Below, piece after piece: positions 59,636 to 64,000 of a stretch of DNA of 64,000 nucleotides; position 1 is the stretch's first letter, and each line of letters opens with the position of its first letter. The position numbers and the translations under genes are program-made. This DNA is from Longimicrobiales bacterium. GTDB taxonomy: Bacteria > Gemmatimonadota > Gemmatimonadetes > Longimicrobiales > Gaopeijiaceae. The notes under the pieces were generated by a model, which saw only the letters and a list, made by a program, of their open reading frames with translations, did not search any database and was not told the DNA's origin. The stretch is taken from the NCBI GenBank assembly GCA_965218295.1, contig CBDCKN010000013.1, forward strand, positions 64,001 through 128,000, written 5' to 3'.

Positions 59636-60508
59636 ATGCGTACCCGACTCCCCACGCTTGGCGCGCTTCCTCTCCTCACTCACGCGATGTCGGCTGGTCT
59701 CGCTCTCGCCACGGCACCGGCCTCGTTGACGGCCCAGTGGGTCGAGCCGCCAGGGACAGGGTGGGCCTCTTTCGCGCTCTACCACCAAAACACTCGCGAG
59801 GCATATAACTTCGAGGGTGTGGTTGGCACGTTCCCGGGAGACGGGCACGCGGTCGCGACCTCGTCCTTTCTGACCCTCGCACTCGGACTGATCGAGGGCA
59901 TCGACGGGTGGGCTCAGTTCTCCTTCCAGCGGCTTCGTTTCGACGACCTCTTGGGCATGAGGACATCCACCGGCGTGGGTGACTTTCGCCTCTACGCGCG
60001 CGCGAGCCCGCTGCGGATCTTCGGTGTGACCACGCCCGTAGCGATCCGCGCAGGTGTGAAGCTACCCGTGGGCGACTTCGACGTGGGCTCCAACATCATC
60101 CCTCTCGGAGATGGTCAGCGCGACTGGGAGTTGATTCTCGAGCTTGGGCACTCATTCTATCCGAATCCGACCTATGTGGTGGCCTGGATCGGATATCGCT
60201 GGAGAGACGACGCGACGGAGGACGACCGTGCCTTCGGAGACGAGCGGTTCTTCTATACAGCCGTCGGCGGGGAAGTGGGCCCGATCGGATACAAGGTGGG
60301 CTTCGAGGGATGGTTCGGGAAAACGCCGGTCTTCCGTGGCCTCGAAACGCCGGGCGCCAAGCGGGAGATGCTCCGGCTGAGTCCTTCTCTGCTGATCCCG
60401 GCCGGCCCCGGGCAAATCGAGATCGGGGCCCGTCTACCGCTCGATGGGAAGAACTTGCCTGCTGGGAGCGACGTCGTCGTGGGGTACTTCACTCGACTCG
60501 GCTTCTAG
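59636..60508 (+). CDS. Putative outer-membrane beta-barrel protein
   Basis: Signal peptide, GVGDFRL, KLPVG, LGDGQRD, C-terminal Phe. Confidence 0.7.
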   Translation: MRTRLPTLGALPLLTHAMSAGLALATAPASLTAQWVEPPGTGWASFALYHQNTREAYNFEGVVGTFPGDGHAVATSSFLTLALGLIEGIDGWAQFSFQRLRFDDLLGMRTSTGVGDFRLYARASPLRIFGVTTPVAIRAGVKLPVGDFDVGSNIIPLGDGQRDWELILELGHSFYPNPTYVVAWIGYRWRDDATEDDRAFGDERFFYTAVGGEVGPIGYKVGFEGWFGKTPVFRGLETPGAKREMLRLSPSLLIPAGPGQIEIGARLPLDGKNLPAGSDVVVGYFTRLGF

Positions 60509-60517
60509 TTGGAGGCC

Positions 60518-60568
60518 GGGCCGGCTCGTCAACTGGGCCGGCTCGTCAACTGGGCCGGCTCGTCAACT
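60518..60568. repeat. 17-bp tandem repeat GGGCCGGCTCGTCAACT x3 including the msrP stop
   Basis: Three exact copies. Confidence 0.93.
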
Positions 60569-61630
60569 GATGTACGTCAGCAGCTCCGGGTCATAGAGGT
60601 CCGATACGAAGCTCTGGTATCCGTTGAAGAGCTGCGTTCCTATTGACGTGGAGGTCCCCAGGGGAGTCTCGAGGTTCTGCGGCCAACGCGGGTGTGCGAC
60701 ATCGGGATTCACGTTGGAGTAGAAGCCGTACTCGTGAGGTGCCAGGACATTCCAGAATGTCGGCGGCTCCTCCCTGGTGAACTCGATCCGGACCATGGAC
60801 TTGGCGCTTTTGAAGCCGTACTTCCAAGGAAGGGCCAGACGCCAGGGCGCCCCGTGCTGCTTGGGTAACGGCTCACCGAAAACGCTCGTCACGACGAACG
60901 CGAGCTCGTTCCTGGCTTCGTCCAACCGGAGCGCCTCGAAGTACGGCCACGGATAATTCGGCTGAATGCGCTGGCCCACCGCCTCGTCGGGGCGGTTGAA
61001 CGACACGAAGCGAACGTAATTGGCCGAGGAGAGCGGCTTGAGCTTGTCGATGAGCTTGGCCAGCGGGTAGCCTGTCCAGGGTACGACCATCGACCAGCGC
61101 TCGACGCATCGGTGCCTGTACAGACGCTCTTCGAGCCCGAACTCTCTCTCGAAGTCAGAGATGTCGTAGACCCCGACTCCCTCGGCCTCGCCCACGACCT
61201 CTACGCTCCAAGGCCACACCTTGAACGGTCCGACATAGGGCCAGACCAAGTTCGTGCTACCCACCGTGCCGATAAACTCGTAGAAGTTGTTGAATACCGC
61301 CGCCTGTAGGCGATCGGTCTGGTCCGGTCCCGGAACGTCGAAGGTCGAGTTCCGGACTGCCGGGTAGAGATTTGCGGTAGGCGACGGGCAAATCGATTGA
61401 AGTGGGCTGAGCATGGTGGAGTCGTTGCACCCCGCCTGCGCGACCGGGACCTCAGGGGTCTCGTCGACCAGCTCTGCAGGCGTGAACTCGGAACCGCACG
61501 CCCCGAGACCCAGGGCCGCCATCCCCAGTCCGGAGCTCTTGAGGAACGCTCGGCGGTCGAGATACACCGATTCCGGTGTCGCCTCGCGGTCGGGGATTCG
61601 CCATTCCGGCGGAATGATGACGTTAGCCAT
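60563..61630 (-). CDS. msrP: Protein-methionine-sulfoxide reductase catalytic subunit
   Basis: Tat motif DRRAFLK, NNFYEF, HRCVERWS, PWKYGFKS, YGFYSNVNP. Confidence 0.93.
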   Translation of the reverse strand: MANVIIPPEWRIPDREATPESVYLDRRAFLKSSGLGMAALGLGACGSEFTPAELVDETPEVPVAQAGCNDSTMLSPLQSICPSPTANLYPAVRNSTFDVPGPDQTDRLQAAVFNNFYEFIGTVGSTNLVWPYVGPFKVWPWSVEVVGEAEGVGVYDISDFEREFGLEERLYRHRCVERWSMVVPWTGYPLAKLIDKLKPLSSANYVRFVSFNRPDEAVGQRIQPNYPWPYFEALRLDEARNELAFVVTSVFGEPLPKQHGAPWRLALPWKYGFKSAKSMVRIEFTREEPPTFWNVLAPHEYGFYSNVNPDVAHPRWPQNLETPLGTSTSIGTQLFNGYQSFVSDLYDPELLTYIS

Positions 61631-61904
61631 GGATCCTCTCAAACCAACCCGTCGAAGGCCTGCCGGAGTGTCCGGCCTGCATCCGTGGGCTCGGCGTTGG
61701 GACTCCTTACCGTAGCTTGGGCTACACCGCGTCGTCCCGCCTTGATCCCACGGGCCCAAGCCCTCTTGGTGGCTCGCGAACTTTGGCAAGGGAACACTAG
61801 CGTGCGACCCACCTTCCTACAAATCCGGGCCCGAGCGTTCGTACGTATCTTTATATCGTGAGTATACGTACGAGGCCGTAGTGCTGCTATTTTGTAACAT
61901 CACA

Positions 61905-62963
61905 CTAGTATCCCCGGGCCTTGCCCACCTCGTTGAGGAGGGGCTCGCCGTCCAGCAGGCGTCGGAGGTTCTCGATGATGAGGTCCGCCTCCCGCCGCCA
62001 AAACGACCTCGTGATCCCGGACACGTGGGGCGTCAACAGAACGTTGGACAGGGACCACAGGGGATGCTCCTCCGGAAGGGGCTCCCGGGCGAATACGTCC
62101 AGCCCAGCCCCACGGAGTTGGCGGGACTCCAGCGCCTCCACGAGCGCGTCTTCGTCCACGAGCGATCCGCGAGACACGTTGATCACCACAGCTCCTTTTC
62201 GCATGGCAGCGAGGGCGCTCCTGGAGATGATACCCTGGGTCTCGGGTGTCGCTGGCGCCGACAGCACCACGTAATCGCTCGCTGCCAGCAGCTCCTGGAG
62301 GCCGGCATCCCCCGAGACGACCCGGATCTCTCCGGCCCGGCCTTCACCGGCCCAGGCGGGGCGCTCCCCCGGCTGTCCCGGACTCCGGCGGAGCCCTATG
62401 ACGCTCGCCCCGAACGCCGTCACTCGGAGAGCGACCTCCCGGCCGACCCCTCCCAGTCCGACGATCCCGACAGTACTCTCGGAGAGCTCGCGTATGGGTG
62501 ACGTCGCTTCGTAGTAGGATTCGGTGCTCCATCGTCCCTCGGCCATGCCCGCGACGGCAAAGTCCAGACCCCGTGCGAAGTAGAGAATCATCCCCAACAC
62601 GGTCTCCGCAATGGGAATCGCGTGGATCCCGGCAGAATTCGTGAAGTGGACCGGGCTGGCGAGCATTTCGGGCGTGAGCGAGCCTCCGACTCCCGCCGCA
62701 CCAGTGTGGACCCACTCGAGCTGACGTCCCTCAGTCAGAACCTCGGCCGGAATACCGAAGGCCAGGTAGGCCCGGGCGTCACGGACAGCCTCAAGCACCT
62801 CGGCGCTGACCCGAGCCGACCCGTCACCCGAGCCGTCGGCGTCTTCCTCGATGACCACGATGTGCCAGTCGGGGGGAAGGGCCTCACGGAGGTGCTCGAC
62901 AAACCAATCCGGACGGGCCCACGCCGGGCGCCGGTCCTTCATGTCCAGGACGAGTTTGTTCAT
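61905..62963 (-). CDS. D-2-hydroxyacid dehydrogenase
   Basis: GIVGLGGVG, INVSRG, LDVF..EP, LTPHVSG. Confidence 0.93.
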   Translation of the reverse strand: MNKLVLDMKDRRPAWARPDWFVEHLREALPPDWHIVVIEEDADGSGDGSARVSAEVLEAVRDARAYLAFGIPAEVLTEGRQLEWVHTGAAGVGGSLTPEMLASPVHFTNSAGIHAIPIAETVLGMILYFARGLDFAVAGMAEGRWSTESYYEATSPIRELSESTVGIVGLGGVGREVALRVTAFGASVIGLRRSPGQPGERPAWAGEGRAGEIRVVSGDAGLQELLAASDYVVLSAPATPETQGIISRSALAAMRKGAVVINVSRGSLVDEDALVEALESRQLRGAGLDVFAREPLPEEHPLWSLSNVLLTPHVSGITRSFWRREADLIIENLRRLLDGEPLLNEVGKARGY

Positions 62964-62971
62964 GTGCGGTC

Positions 62972-63370
62972 AGGGGGCTCGTGAGGGTCGCGCTCGGGGC
63001 TGCTGCTTCCGCCCCGCCCCGCCCCGCCGCCTGCAGATGCCCCTCCCTGCGACCCTCACGAGCCCCCTTCTCCGACATGGGTGGATGCCCTAGGCGTGGG
63101 CGGGAGGATGCTCGAACGGGAGGGCGAGTTCGCTTCCTTCATCGTATCAAGACGCCCCAACGCCTCGAAAAACCGGACAGGTGGGTTCTGGCGTGCGGTG
63201 TCGAGCCCTCGAGGGGCATCTGCAGGAGGGGCGCGAAAACAACGTGCCAACGCCCCGAAAAGCCGAACACGTGGGTTCTGGGGTGCGGTGTGGAGCCCTC
63301 GGGGGGCATCTGAGGCGGGGGGCCGGGGGCCGGGGAACAGCCGCCCCCCGAGGGCTCCACACCGCACCCC
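62972..63370. repeat. Intergenic mosaic of nested direct and inverted repeats (REP/BIME/MITE-like)
   Basis: 20-bp IR 62972-62991/63049-63068, 90-bp-period direct repeat from 63151 and 63241, 28-bp IR 63280-63307/63343-63370, 16-bp IR 63030-63045/63211-63226. Confidence 0.85.
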
Positions 63371-63380
63371 CACCCACACG

Positions 63381-64000
63381 TCACGGCGACAACCGATTCA
63401 TGAGCCGCGGGAACGGGATGAGCTCACGGATGTGATGGCGTCCGGTGATCCACGCGACGGTGCGCTCCAGACCCAGCCCGAATCCCGAGTGGACGAACGT
63501 GCCGTAACGGCGGAGATCCAGGTACCAGGAATAGGCCTCCTCTGGCAGCTTTTCTTCACGAATCCGTCGCAAGAGCCGGTCCAGATCATCCTCGCGCTGG
63601 CTCCCCCCGATGAGCTCCCCGTATTCCCGTACCAGCAGGTCGTTACAGAGCACTGTCCTGGGGTCGTCCGGATTCTCCTTCATGTAGAACGCCTTGACCG
63701 TTTTGGGATAGTCGTGGACGAAGACGGGCTGATCGAATTGCTCGGTCAGGAGCATCTCCTCGGGCACACCCAGGTCGCGCCCCCATACGATCTCGCTGCC
63801 CTTCTCCTGCAGAAGCGCCACTGCATCGGTGTAGGAGATGCGGGCGAAGAGAGACGAAACCGCCTCCAGCTCGCTCGTATCCCGCTCCAGAACCTCGAGC
63901 TCCGTCCCGCACCGCTCCAGTGCCCGCTCCACGATGTGGCAGACGAAGTCCTCCTGGAGGGTCATGTTGTCGTTCGAGTCCGCGAAGGCCACTTCCGGCT
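63381..64000 (-). CDS. asnS: Asparagine--tRNA ligase (C-terminal part; runs off right edge)
   Basis: KAFYMK, YGELIGGSQRE, WYLDLRRYG, HSGFGLGLER, PFPR. Confidence 0.93.
   Translation of the reverse strand, partial: PEVAFADSNDNMTLQEDFVCHIVERALERCGTELEVLERDTSELEAVSSLFARISYTDAVALLQEKGSEIVWGRDLGVPEEMLLTEQFDQPVFVHDYPKTVKAFYMKENPDDPRTVLCNDLLVREYGELIGGSQREDDLDRLLRRIREEKLPEEAYSWYLDLRRYGTFVHSGFGLGLERTVAWITGRHHIRELIPFPRLMNRLSP

Noticed and set aside
61839..61905. dif site
   Set aside because: No TTATGTTAAAT-like XerD arm.
63151..63330. CRISPR array (also the repeats at 48537 and 60518)
   Set aside because: No unique spacers between identical repeats, too few units, and no cas genes in the window.

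Overview
GC-rich bacterial chromosome segment. Gene content and order resemble Gemmatimonadota/Longimicrobiales-like genomes (inference, not a database result). Most of the window is housekeeping: recQ (partial); a branched-chain acyl-CoA cluster (enoyl-CoA hydratase, two AtuA-family genes, carboxyltransferase, split B12 mutase with isobutyryl-CoA-mutase signature, meaB); ubiB-like, mgtE, ybeY, HDIG, phoH, aspS; rlmN, lepB, yqeK, rqcH; a trp cluster interrupted by lexA and by HEAT + HD-GYP genes; truA-fsa-degP-pur/psd/pssA; fbp; comEC; miaB, mtaB; cdd, alr, mazG, msrP; and asnS (partial). The standout is a 2.1-kb IS1595-family element (6270-8396; 21-bp TIRs, 8-bp TSD) that regenerates the stop codon of the mutase gene it landed in. 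It carries two small ORFs and two unannotated structured RNAs: a tRNA-Cys-like cloverleaf with a non-Cys/expanded anticodon loop inside an extended stem, and a ~130-nt multibranch RNA behind a TIR-embedded promoter. Also notable: a candidate direct-repeat LexA box (TTCGGG-N5-TTCGGG twice) in the lexA promoter, a parS-like palindrome shared by a DUF222-HNH gene and an intergenic site, three gene lesions (HEAT frameshift, comEC amber stop, adenosine deaminase relic), and a nested repeat mosaic downstream of asnS.
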